A stretch of 63,593 nt of DNA, counting the filler, from Octopus bimaculoides (Eukaryota): NCBI RefSeq assembly GCF_001194135.2. It is 4 parts of 4 records of this genome, joined end to end, with 100 filler letters (N's around TTAATTAATTAA, not from the genome) between each part and the next. Parts side by side here need not be neighbours in the genome. Positions count along the whole stretch, not along the records: positions 28,282 to 57,940 come from NC_068991.1; 3 more parts are not named here. One strand, written 5' to 3'. The notes below the pieces were generated by a model. The model was not told the origin of the DNA. It did not search any database and was given only the letters and a program-made list of their open reading frames with translations. The position numbers were made by a program, and so were the translations under genes. This document shows positions 38,455-50,589 of the stretch, one piece after another (position 1 is the first letter of the stretch; each line of letters begins with the position of its first letter).

Positions 38455-39730
38455 TAAAGTGAACTAGCAGAATTGTTAGCAGTATTTCTCTAAGCTTTAT
38501 GTTCTGGGTTCAAATTCTGCCAAAGCCAACTTTGCCTTTTGTCTTTTACGAGTCAATAAAACAAGTGTCAGTTGAGCACTGGCCCTGCCCCCGCTCCCAC
38601 TAAAATTACTAGCTTTGTGCTAACATTTAAAATAGTTTCTGTCAGCTCTTTACATTCCGAGTTCAAATACCGTCGGGTTCAACTTTGCCCTTCATCCTTT
38701 TGGGTTTGTTAAAATAAACACAAGTCAAGTACTGGCATCGGTGTAATCTATTAACCGTCTCGTCATAAAATTGCTGGCTTTGTGCCAAAATTTTAAGCAA
38801 TTTCTCAGCAAATTTGTTGAAAGTTGGATGAGAGTGGCAAGCACAGACTGAGTGGATGGGCCTAAGCTATGCTTGTGCTTGTAGATTGAAGGGAATGCAC
38901 TTGCCATAATGGTCAGGGAAGCCGTGGTTTTGAGGGGTCTCCATGAGTAGCACTCAGAAGTTTCCCTCTCTTCAGGAATTATTTACTGTTACTGTTATTC
39001 TTCAGTTTACATTTTCTCTCTTGTAATTCCACATTGCATTGTTCTGTGGACAATCAATCTATTTGTAAACCCTTAATGGATAATAAAGAAATCATCATCA
39101 TAATCATTAAGGGGGTTAGCTGGCAGAATTGTTAGCCCGCTGGGCAAAATGCTTAGCAGCTTTTTATCCATCTTTACATTCTGAGTTCAAATTCCGCAAT
39201 GGTCGACTTTGCTTTTCATCCTTTCAGGGTCGATAAAATGAGTACCAGTTGAGTACTGGGGGGTCAGTGTAATCAGCTTACACCTTACCTTGAAATTGCT
39301 GGCCTTGTGCCAAAATTTGAAAGCGTTTTTATTATTATTAAGGCAGCAAGCTGTCAGAAATGTTAGCAAGACGGACAAAATGCTGAGCAGTGTTTCACCT
39401 GTCTATGTTCTGAGTTCATGCTTTGCTAAGGTCAGCTTTGTCTTCCATCATTTTGGAGGGGTCAATGTAATCAGCTAACCCCTTCTCCCTAAAATTGATG
39501 GCCTTGAAACAAATGTGAAAAGGTAGCAAGCTGGCGGAACCATTAGCATGCCAGGCAAAACGCTTAATAGCATTTCGTCCATCTTTACCATGAGTTCAAA
39601 TTCTGCCGAGGTCAGCTTTGTCTTTCATCTTTTCAGGATCAATAAAATAAATACCAATTGATTACTGGGGGCTGCTGTTATCAACTTGCCCCCTCCCCAC
39701 AAATTGCTGGCCTTGTGCCAAAATTTGAAA
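38455..39730 (+). mobile_element. Cluster of five same-orientation SINE family C copies
   Basis: Copies at about 38455-38630, 38640-38795, 39110-39320, 39340-39510 and 39520-39730, each with tgagttcaaa and an aaattgctggccttgtgccaaaa-like tail. Confidence 0.8.
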
Positions 39731-40819
39731 TCGTTGTTGTTGTTGTTGTTATATAAATGAGAAAGAGACAGAGGCTTGTAAAATTGTATTTACTGTGGTT
39801 TGCTAAGGGCATTTATCATTATACCACCAGCAGATGATAATGGTAACAACAGGAACCAGAAGGAAATACATAGCGATTGATGTTGTGCTAATCTATTTTA
39901 TGGACTTTGGTATCTCTGAAAAAAGTTACTGGATATAACTTTTTGAGTTCATCCTTTGTCCTCCCCTGCCATTCCTGCTACCAAATCATCATCTGAATCA
40001 TTTCTTCTTGCTCCTAAGATACTTAGTAGTCACTCACTTATCTGTTGTTTAATATCTGTACCTTAATCAATATAGCAATTTTCTGAACCAATCAGAGTGC
40101 AGGATTGTCCTCACATTTATTCTGCTATGGCAGTTTCGTTTAGGAGGAGAGGAGGTTGTGTTTCTTTTTTTCTTTCTTTCGTTCTTTCTTTCTTCCCAAT
40201 CTGATATGTCTTAGATTTCCTGTTATCTCTGAATGTTTTAGCATCTACCTCAGGCAGAAACTTATTCCCATATTCTCACAAGATTAAGATCATTTAGCTT
40301 TTCTTTTCTTTCTTTTTTTTTTTTCTTTATTTCTAACACTTTATTATTTTCTTGTTATTTATATTTTAACCGTTTATTTTTGTCTGATGAGATAAAATTA
40401 GAGCTGAATATATTTTAGATTCATGTCTATCTACATATATATATATANNNNNNNNNNNNNNNNNNNNNNNNNNNNNNNNNNNNNNNNNNNNNNNNNNNNN
40501 NNNNNNNNNNNNNNNNNNNNNNNNNNNNNNNNNNNNNNNNNNNNNNNNNNNNNNNNNNNNNNNNNNNNNNNNNNNNNNNNNNNNNNNNNNNNNNNNNNNN
40601 NNNNNNNNNNNNNNNNNNNNNNNNNNNNNNNNNNNNNNNNNNNNNNNNNNNNNNNNNNNNNNNNNNNNNNNNNNNNNNNNNNNNNNNNNNNNNNNNNNNN
40701 NNNNNNNNNNNNNNNNNNNNNNNNNNNNNNNNNNNATATATATAAATATAACATATATATATATATATAAATATAACATATATATTTATATATATACATA
40801 AATATAACATATATATATT

Positions 40820-40865
<46 letters not shown>

Positions 40866-40986
40866 TGCATATATATATATATATATGTATGTATTTGTGT
40901 TTTTTGTCTTTACTTATAATTGGTTTATCTGTGTATGACTGTTTTAGCTGATTTTCTTTACCCGCACCTCTTTTTTATCTTTCTAG

Positions 40987-42453
40987 TTCTTCCAGCGTGA
41001 TGGGATGATATCAACACGAATAAATTACCAAAACCTGTTTTTGGGTCTCCTCTCGATATCTCTGGTGATATTACTCAGCTTCACTGTTCGTATGCAACCA
41101 AACCATGTGATATTTTCGTCAAGTAGGAATATCAATGAAGTAAGCCGCATGAGACAAGAACCTTCGGAGTACACTGGATTTTTGGTTGAAACAGATAACT
41201 GTCGAATTCCCAACCTCGACCCTTTCGAGCCTTCAGTTAGATTTTACATAAAGCTGAATGGAGTCTTGCGGTGTCCAGACAAACCAGTTTTGACCTACCA
41301 GGAAGATAATTTCATTAGAATTAACAGAACAGCTATACAGTATTACAACCTAAGAGATTTCAAAAAATGCAAGTATCAAGCAATTGTCCGACCAAAAGAT
41401 AAATCAGACTTTAAGTTTGAATATGTACAAACCGGAATATGGTTCAGTAGTGATACAAGGAGCAAGCATGAGTTTGTCCGAGTCATGTGCTACAGCGAAA
41501 GTGGTGGGCTGATGTACAGCAATTTCCACTCTTTTATCATCCGAGACCAAAACTTAGTGAAACGAAGAACCAAATATTTTCATAAGTACCAAAAGCGAAA
41601 TCCTAACATTAAAGAAAAATTTAATGTCTTAATGATTGGAGTGGATTCAGTCTCTAGACTTAATTTCATTCGACAAATGAAGAATACACGTAAGTATATA
41701 TTAGAGAGGCTCGGAGCTTATGAATTGGCTGGTTACAATAAAGTAGCTGATAATACATTTGTGAACGTTGTCCCATTGACTGCTGGTCTATATGTCAAAG
41801 AACTCCCTTGGACTGAGAAACTCTCTCATAAGCCTTTTGATAATTACTCCTTTATCTGGAGGAATTTCTCTGACAATGGTTACATGACACTCTATGCAGA
41901 AGATGCTCCAACAATCTCCATTTTCAATTACTTAAAAGCTGGATTTCATAAACCTCCATGTGATCATTACAATCGGCCAATTTTCCTGGCCTTGCAGCGA
42001 AGTAAAAATCTCTGGACCAATAAACATTGTGTTTTAGATCGTTTGGAGACTGACTTTGTTTTACGCTATGTTTATGATTTTGCTAAGACATATCGGGATA
42101 AGCCTCACTTTGGTTTTGCATTTATAACCGGTCTCACACATGCAGATATTAACGATGTCGGCTATGCTGATGAGCCTTATTTCCAGTTCTTCAAAACAAT
42201 GTTTGACGAAGGACATCTCAACAACACAGTAGTCTTCTTCTACAGTGATCATGGATCAAGGTTCGGCAAGTTTCGTACGACGTATCTTGGTAAACTGGAA
42301 GAACGACTGCCCTTTATGTTTCTGATATTTCCACCTTGGTTCCGTAAGCGTTACCCTAACCTGGACAGAGTTTTAAGAACCAATGCAAATCGCCTGACCA
42401 CACCTTTTGATATCTATGAAACACTTGTAGATATTTTATATTTTGATGGCCAG
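40987..42453 (+). CDS. Main coding exon of a DUF229-family (ALP/sulfatase superfamily) type II membrane protein
   Basis: Clean 483-codon frame from ATG 41005 to donor CAG|GTAAGA at 42454; acceptors at 40986 and 40995 after a pyrimidine tract. N-terminal hydrophobic anchor LFLGLLSISLVILLSF; motifs NVLMIGVDS, KVADNT, YAED, LTH, FYSDHG, EERLPF, TPFDIYETL. Confidence 0.93.
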
Positions 42454-44002
42454 GTAAGAAATTTGTTAGATTATCTTGAATATTAACACACTTGACTCAG
42501 ATATTGATACCATTTCCATAACCATTTGTGTGTATGTGTGTGAGCTTTTGAGTGAATGTGCAAAAGATGTATGTGTGCATGCATGTGTACAAGAATATAT
42601 GTAAATATCTGTGTATGAATGTGTGAAGCATTTTATGTTAAAAGAATTGTTCATTAACTGATTTGTTCATGATGGGAAGCGTTCATAAACTGTGTATATA
42701 CAAATCCACTGTGTTTATACAAATCCAGATTCAAAAACTTCTTGTCTAACACCTCTTTGTAATTATTCAATTTTTCTTAAAGGATTTTAAGTTAATATTT
42801 ACAAGATTTTAATATTTTTTTCTTCATCCTATTCTTCTAAATGAATACTTTTGAGTCAGCTGATGCACGGGAATTAGCAGAAATAGTGAAGCATCAGACT
42901 AGATATTTTACCGTTTTTAGTTTTTCTTGAATGTTAAACTCAGTGATTTAGAAGAGCCAAGAATTCCTTTACTATCATTTAGCTGTGGCATCATAATCTA
43001 TGAATTGAAATTTGCTTTGGTTGGGCACAAGGATTCGCTACATCAGCTGAACAAAGAGAATGTTTCCTTTTAGTTGTGCATCTGTGCACATGTGCATGTT
43101 CCTGTTGCACAATCACTGCACAAAGGAAATTTAACCAAGCACAATGACTTCAAATATTTTGTTTGAAATAAAATTTGTGATTCTTAGACTCATGATGCTA
43201 AATAGCCGAATTTAGCACAATGTTAATGGTACAACACTTCAAAAGGCTACAAATAGGCTGAAAATTTATGATCTATGAAATTCCTTCTGAATTGGTATGA
43301 GCCAAAAGGGCAACCCTTGCATGGTTGCTCAATAACCTGCCAGAAATAGCAGTCATATTTTCCTTCAATCTTACCCTACTATCTTAAAAGAGATCACATC
43401 TAATACTATGTTGAATAATGTAGTATTATTGTTACCCTGTTCCAAAAATGCATCCTCTCACCTCAAATATAACAGGACAGGTTGGTCATGGGCAGAATGC
43501 TTTTTCTCATTGACCTGCTCAGTCAAGGCCAACATGAAGTAAAACAACAACAACAATAAACCACATATCTTAGGTCCTTTATTCACTTAAGAATATAATG
43601 TGTAGATACAGATTTTGTTGTGGGATAAGAAAGTTGCTTCTCAACCACATGATAAGAAGTTTGCATACATAAATACATACATACATATACATATATATAT
43701 ATATGTGTGTGTGTCTATATATATACACATAAATGCATACATATATACATAGATATACATATATATACACATACGTACATACATATATATATATATACCT
43801 TTTATTTTTTACTCTGCCTTTCTTTTAATCTTCATCTCTAATCTTCATAATTTTTTTTTAATTCTCAAATATATATAAATATGTATATGTATATATATGG
43901 ATGTATGTATGTATGTATGTATACACAGTCTTAGACAGAATTTGAACTATCAGCCCTAATTTCTTAACCAAGAGTAATAATGCTCTTATCCAGGTCACTC
44001 GT

Positions 44003-44119
44003 GGAACCGCAATGGCCCAGTGGTTAGGGCAGTGGAATGTCACGCTGAATATCCCCGAGAACTACATTAAGGGTACACGTGTCTGTGGAGTGCTCAGCCA
44101 CTTGCACGTTAATTTCATG
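44003..44119 (+). mobile_element. SINE family A with internal deletion, runs into gap
   Basis: Head cgcaatggcccagtggttagggcag joins directly to mid-body tgtcacgctgaatatccccgagaactac. Confidence 0.85.
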
Positions 44120-44937
44120 NNNNNNNNNNNNNNNNNNNNNNNNNNNNNNNNNNNNNNNNNNNNNNNNNNNNNNNNNNNNNNNNNNNNNNNNNNNNNNNNN
44201 NNNNNNNNNNNNNNNNNNNNNNNNNNNNNNNNNNNNNNNNNNNNNNNNNNNNNNNNNNNNNNNNNNNNNNNNNNNNNNNNNNNNNNNNNNNNNNNNNNNN
44301 NNNNNNNNNNNNNNNNNNNNNNNNNNNNNNNNNNNNNNNNNNNNNNNNNNNNNNNNNNNNNNNNNNNNNNNNNNNNNNNNNNNNNNNNNNNNNNNNNNNN
44401 NNNNNNNNNNNNNNNNNNNNNNNNNNNNNNNNNNNNNNNNNNNNNNNNNNNNNNNNNNNNNNNNNNNNNNNNNNNNNNNNNNNNNNNNNNNNNNNNNNNN
44501 NNNNNNNNNNNNNNNNNNNNNNNNNNNNNNNNNNNNNNNNNNNNNNNNNNNNNNNNNNNNNNNNNNNNNNNNNNNNNNNNNNNNNNNNNNNNNNNNNNNN
44601 NNNNNNNNNNNNNNNNNNNNNNNNNNNNNNNNNNNNNNNNNNNNNNNNNNNNNNNNNNNNNNNNNNNNNNNNNNNNNNNNNNNNNNNNNNNNNNNNNNNN
44701 NNNNNNNNNNNNNNNNNNNNNNNNNNNNNNNNNNNNNNNNNNNNNNNNNNNNNNNNNNNNNNNNNNNNNNNNNNNNNNNNNNNNNNNNNNNNNNNNNNNN
44801 NNNNNNNNNNNNNNNNNNNNNNNNNNNNNNNNNNNNNNNNNNNNNNNNNNNNNNNNNNNNNNNNNNNNNNNNNNNNNNNNNNNNNNNNNNNNNNNNNNNN
44901 NNNNNNNNNNNNNNNNNNNNNNNNNNNNNNNNNNNNN

Positions 44938-44972
<35 letters not shown>

Positions 44973-45097
44973 TTGTGAAATTTTCATATGTTGGAGGCAA
45001 TGCTAGTATATATATAAATTTGTGAGGAGTGTGTGTATGTGTGTGCACGCACCTGGACATATACTTCACACCTCCACTGCCACATACACACACATTA

Positions 45098-45245
45098 TCA
45101 TCATCATCATCATCATTTAATGTCCATTGTCCAATGCTGGCATTGGTTTACATGGTTTGACCAGAGCTGGCAAGCTGTGGAGCACCACCAGACTCCAGCC
45201 AGATTTGATATGGTTTCGATGGCTGGATGCCCTTCCTAATGCCAA
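45098..45245 (-). mobile_element. SINE family D, diverged
   Basis: (cat)n-ttaatgtccattgtccaatgctggcat...ggctggatgcccttcctaatgccaa. Confidence 0.7.
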
Positions 45246-45740
45246 ATATATATATGCATACATGTAATAGTAGTCGTAGTAGTAGTAGTAGCTGTTATTC
45301 CCTGTTTCATTTGGAAATGGAATAAATATCACATGTCATTGTCATTTCTTTTTCCATGCTTTCATCTGTTGGATGATTTTTGATTTCTATGGGTGGATAC
45401 CCTTCCTGAAACCAACCAATTCACAGTTTGTATTGAGTGCTTTTTTTTTAATTTTTCTCATGCAAGACAAGCCCACTTGACTGAGTCAAAGTGTATTTCA
45501 AAATGGGGTGGTTGTTTTACTCCAGGTGCTAGTAAGCTAGGCTATAGAGAAGATACATGGCTACGCTGTATTATATAAGGGTGGATAGGAGTAGCTGGAT
45601 ACAAGATAAAGATGGAGGGGGCAAGGTTTTCAGAACATACTCTGAAGGTACAAAAGGCTGAGTATAAGAGAAAATACAGACGGTGGATCTTGGGAGAGGT
45701 AGAAGGTTGGTGATTTCATAAGAATGTGGAAGAATTTTGT

Positions 45741-45852
45741 CAGTCCAGGGCTAAAGCAGAAGACACTTGCCCAAAGTGCCACACAATGGTATTGAACCCA
45801 ACACCATTTTGTTTGGAAGAAAGATTCTTAACCACACAACCATGCCCATACC
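45741..45852 (-). mobile_element. SINE family B head, 70 bp upstream of the last exon's acceptor
   Basis: agaagacacttgcccaaagtgccacac...ttgaacc...ttcttaaccacacaaccatgcc. Confidence 0.75.
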
Positions 45853-45922
45853 TATCTTATTAATCTGAAATATATCTTTTATATTCAATGTTTTTTTCTT
45901 TCTTTCCTCTGTCACTTTTCAG

Positions 45923-46138
45923 GTCTACTATGGTAACCGAGTGAGTGCAATTGTTGACTACCAATTGATGGTGAAAACCAGCCCAGGTGAAGGTCTATTT
46001 GAAGTGACAGCTCGATTCAATGAACAGGAAGATACATTTACATTAATGAACGAAATCAGTCGAGTAAGCAGCTACGGAAACCAGTCGAGTTGCATCAATG
46101 AATTAGCACTGAAGAAATTCTGTTACTGCAACAGATGA
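45923..46138 (+). CDS. Terminal coding exon of the DUF229 gene
   Basis: Long pyrimidine tract and acceptor cttttcag| (45922), phase 0. Translation VYYGNRVSAIVDYQLMVKTSPGEGLFEV...ISRVSSYGNQSSCI...KKFCYCNR* matches the family C-terminus (T.PG.G.FE, SR...YG.Q..C, CYC). Confidence 0.9.
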   Translation, partial: VYYGNRVSAIVDYQLMVKTSPGEGLFEVTARFNEQEDTFTLMNEISRVSSYGNQSSCINELALKKFCYCNR

Positions 46139-48639
46139 ATGGTCAAACGCTATTGAGTGTGTTCCTGTCCCATGTCTGCCTTTGAAGCAATCATGGCCAC
46201 AGCATCACTTTAAAACATACTAAAATAACTGGGGTTAGCATTTGAAGATTTAGGTTTAGGAACATAAGAGTTTATAGAGAATTCCAATAACTGAAGCAAT
46301 AAGCCAATAGAGTCTTTGAATATATTCTGAATGGATTTATTCTATGTATATGTGTGTGTGTGTGTATATATATAATGTACATACATACATATATATATAT
46401 AGGGTGGGTTATATTGATAAATTAGCTGTTTGTTTATAATCATGCAATATAATATTGATGAATTGAAAAAGATTTTGATTATGTGAAATTGGTATATTGA
46501 TGGAAAGCTATCAAATACATCAGATATATAGCATACATATATACATACATGCATACACATATATATATTTATATATAGGTATGTTGGTGCAAACAAGAAA
46601 AATAGAGCTCAAAATATGAGTATGTGCATATTTTTATTAATAAAATATTTATATATATATATGTATATATATACATATGTGTGTGTGTATATATACATAT
46701 ATATATATTTTGGTTAAGTATGTATGCATATATATATGTATGTATATGCATATATATGTATGTATGTATATGTATATATATATATATGCATATATATATA
46801 TATGCGTATATGTATATATATATATATGCATATATATATATATGCATATATATGTATATATATATATGTATATGCATATATATATGTATATGCATATATA
46901 TATATATATGTATGTATATATATTGATATATAAGTATACTGTTTATATGCATGTATTTGTATTTATGTACTTGAGTATATTTCACTGATGAAGGCAGAGC
47001 ATTTATGCAAAGCCAGAAATCTAGGATTTGAAATTATCTTATTTTTACTGGTTTATTTGGTCTTCATCTTCGCTAATCGTGCCTTGCGGACATTTATTGT
47101 GGTTTTGGAGTCAGGATTTGACTGCTATTTTTTCAGCGTGGTGGTATCTCTTGATACCCTATATTATAATTTTAAATAATTATTACCTTTGATGGTTTTT
47201 ATTCCCATGCTGACCACTTGATAANNNNNNNNNNNNNNNNNNNNNNNNNNNNNNNNNNNNNNNNNNNNNNNNNNNNNNNNNNNNNNNNNNNNNNNNNNNN
47301 NNNNNNNNNNNNNNNNNNNNNNNNNNNNNNNNNNNNNNNNNNNNNNNNNNNNNNNNNNNNNNNNNNNNNNNNNNNNNNNNNNNNNNNNNNNNNNNNNNNN
47401 NNNNNNNNNNNNNNNNNNNNNNNNNNNNNNNNNNNNNNNNNNNNNNNNNNNNNNNNNNNNNNNNNNNNNNNNNNNNNNNNNNNNNNNNNNNNNNNNNNNN
47501 NNNNNNNNNNNNNNNNNNNNNNNNNNNNNNNNNNNNNNNNNNNNNNNNNNNNNNNNNNNNNNNNNNNNNNNNNNNNNNNNNNNNNNNNNNNNNNNNNNNN
47601 NNNNNNNNNNNNNNNNNNNNNNNNNNNNNNNNNNNNNNNNNNNNNNNNNNNNNNNNNNNNNNNNNNNNNNNNNNNNNNNNNNNNNNNNNNNNNNNNNNNN
47701 NNNNNNNNNNNNNNNNNNNNNNNNNNNNNNNNNNNNNNNNNNNNNNNNNNNNNNNNNNNNNNNNNNNNNNNNNNNNNNNNNNNNNNNNNNNNNNNNNNNN
47801 NNNNNNNNNNNNNNNNNNNNNNNNNNNNNNNATATGAAAGTGATGTAGGTATACATATGTATATACATATGTGCATAATTATGACATGATAATAATAATG
47901 CAGCAGCTGAAAGTTATCAAATTTTGAAGACATGTGATCACTTGGCTGAAAGTTATCAACTATTATGGTATGTGATAATTTGACTGAAAACAATATTTAA
48001 TCAATGACAAATGATAACTTTGCCAAAAGCTTTCAAATCTATGTTATATGATCAACTGTTGCAAAGTTTAAAGATCCACATTCTATGATATATTGACTGA
48101 AAACTGTTAAGTCTTAAAGATATTGATAACTTAGCCGAAAGTCAAAACTTTGACAACCTTAGCATCAAGGATTTAAAAATTAGAAACCTTATTCTTTTTT
48201 GAATACCAATAGTTCTTGACCTCTGACCCGGAGTCTTTATTGGCTGTTTGAGTAGCATTATTTATGATCTGTGTTAAAATATAATAGATGATGAATCGGG
48301 GATGGACAAAGGTATGTAGTAAATAAATATTAGGTAAACTCAGGAATTTAAGAGATTGCTATTAAATTTCAAGGATACAGGCAGCATTAGGGAAAAGTGT
48401 TTAATTCTTTGTGGGGAGTGGTGGGAGGTATTGCACAGAGGAAGGGGTGGGTTTTTTGTTTTTGTTTTTGGTTTTTTTCTCCAAGTGTTTCATTTGAAAC
48501 GTATATAATTGGTCTCAATCATTCCAAAATAGCAGTGTGACTGATAACAGTGACACAGTTGTAACACAGAAATATAATATTAATACAACTTTAATATCAA
48601 AATGCAATTGTAATTAAAAACGAAAAATACACCAGTAAC

Positions 48640-49000
48640 AACAAAAGAACAACTGCTGCAGCTGAATGCAACAGGGTGATACGAACACAAGTCAGGTGTT
48701 ACTCAACTTTACCACAACTATAACAAGAATAGCTAAAGTAACACAACTGTAAAACTTTTGTAACACTAGAATACAATAGCAACACAAAACACCAACACAG
48801 CTGTGAAACAGTAACACAAGTGTGACATGTATACAACAGAAGCACAGGTGTGATAAATATATAACTGTGACATAAGTGTGACACAGATATATCACAGTAA
48901 CACAACTATGCACAGATATACACCAGTAACATGGCTGTGATGCATACAAAACAGTAACACACAACTGTGATACACTGGCATCACATCAACATAGCTATAC
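48640..49000. repeat. Degenerate minisatellite-like region (recurring cagtaacacaactgtga)
   Basis: Motif recurs with variation several times; A/C-rich strand bias. Confidence 0.55.
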
Positions 49001-49229
49001 AAAAGTAAAGTTAGGGCGACACATAAGTGTCACAGTAATACAATGTATTCAACATTGATAGTGACGTAGAAATCCAATTGTGTTATTGTGTATCACGACT
49101 GAGTGATAAAGTAACAGTTGAAAAAGTTAATACATAATATATTTCCAACATCCAACGCATTTAAACACGATAGTCTTTACAACAATAAGCACAACTCGGC
49201 AATAGTCTTCATAACATCAACAGAAGATT

Positions 49230-49470
49230 TTGCTATGTCAAACACTGCACTATTTAAGATATTATAAGACTTCACTGCATCAAACATTATACAATGCATT
49301 ACTGCATTAAATATTACACAAGGCACCACTACATCAAGCACTGCACAAGGCATTATTTCATCAAACTCTGCACAAAGAATCACTGCATCAGACACTACAC
49401 GCAACACCGTTACATCAAACATGATGTGTTCACTACATCAAACATAATACCAAGCAGTCACATCAACCAC
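49230..49470. repeat. Diverged 27-bp tandem repeat
   Basis: Units cattactgcattaaatattacacaagg / caccactacatcaagcactgcacaagg / cattatttcatcaaactctgcacaaag / aatcactgcatcagacactacacgcaa. Confidence 0.75.
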
Positions 49471-49783
49471 AGCACAACACTTCAATGCATTAAACCAACA
49501 CACACACAAAACATTGCTCAATACAACACAATAGAAGCCTTTATAAACATCCAGTACAATTCAACATGGAAGAAATATTGACAAGATGGTTTATTGTTTA
49601 AACTACATACAGAAATGAATGTCTTTCCCTAACAAACATTCTATGATGTAACTAAACAAACTTTCTTATTTATTAAACGTTATATATTTATTTTTCCTAA
49701 TGTTTTTTGTTGTTGACTTCTTAAATATTTTGCTCGAATTTACCGTTTTTACCATGTTCCATATATATTACCATATATATATT

Positions 49784-50068
49784 CCAAAGCCTTGTGAGTG
49801 GATTTGGTACACGGAAACTGAAAGAAGTCCTTCGTATATATATATATGTATGTGTGTGTGTATGTTTGTGTGTCTGTGTTTGTCCCCCCAACATCACTTG
49901 ACAACCGATGCTGGTGTGTTTATGTCCCCGTAACTTAGCAGTTCGGCTAAAGAGACTGATAGAATAAGTACTAGGCTTACAAAGAATAAGTCCTGGGGTC
50001 GATTAGCTTGACTAAAAAGGCGGTGCTCCAGCATGGCCACAGTCAAATGACTGAAACAAGTAAAAGAG
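49784..50068 (+). mobile_element. SINE family B, 5'-truncated
   Basis: ccaaagccttgtgagtggatttggta...ggcggtgctccagcatggccacagtcaaatgactgaaacaagtaaaagag. Confidence 0.9.
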
Positions 50069-50589
50069 TATGTATTTCCATATGGTATTTCCACCATCAC
50101 CAAAACCAAAGGTAATGAATGCTTGGTATAACCTTCCAGGTCTCATACTCATTTGCAAGTGAAGGCTATGCTTATATATTTCCATGTTGCTATGGAAGCA
50201 ATCAATGACATGTGACTATATTTGCTGCCAAGATGTTAGAAAGGTTACTTGCCATTAGTGCAAGTGATTTAAAACTATTATTTTAAAGGTGACTTTTAAT
50301 ATCTCCTTCCCATTTCAGCTGACCTGGTTCTTGGTACAAACCTTTTATTTCCTTTCCCCTCGCATTGCTCCTCTCCTTACACTACTGACACTCCCTCAGT
50401 ACTCACACTATCCCCCCCCCCTTTCATTCTCTTTTCTCACATACCACTTAACACCACTCTTTCATGTCTCCTCCGTCTTTCTGAAGAAGACAAGCATCAG
50501 AAATAAGGTTACTGATGTGGAGAATGTGTAAGCAAAATGGAAAGGGAACTATCCTAAGTAAACCCAACAGAGGGACCAACTATTGAAGA

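Noticed and set aside
42454-42486. C-terminus VRNLLDYLEY of the 493-aa ORF
   Set aside because: It starts at a consensus donor (CAG|GTAAGA) and the true family C-terminus is at 45923-46138, so it is intron read-through.
43065-43125. Cluster of TGCAC motifs as metal-response elements
   Set aside because: None matches the full TGCRCNC core; TGCA/CATG runs are common in this repeat-rich DNA.
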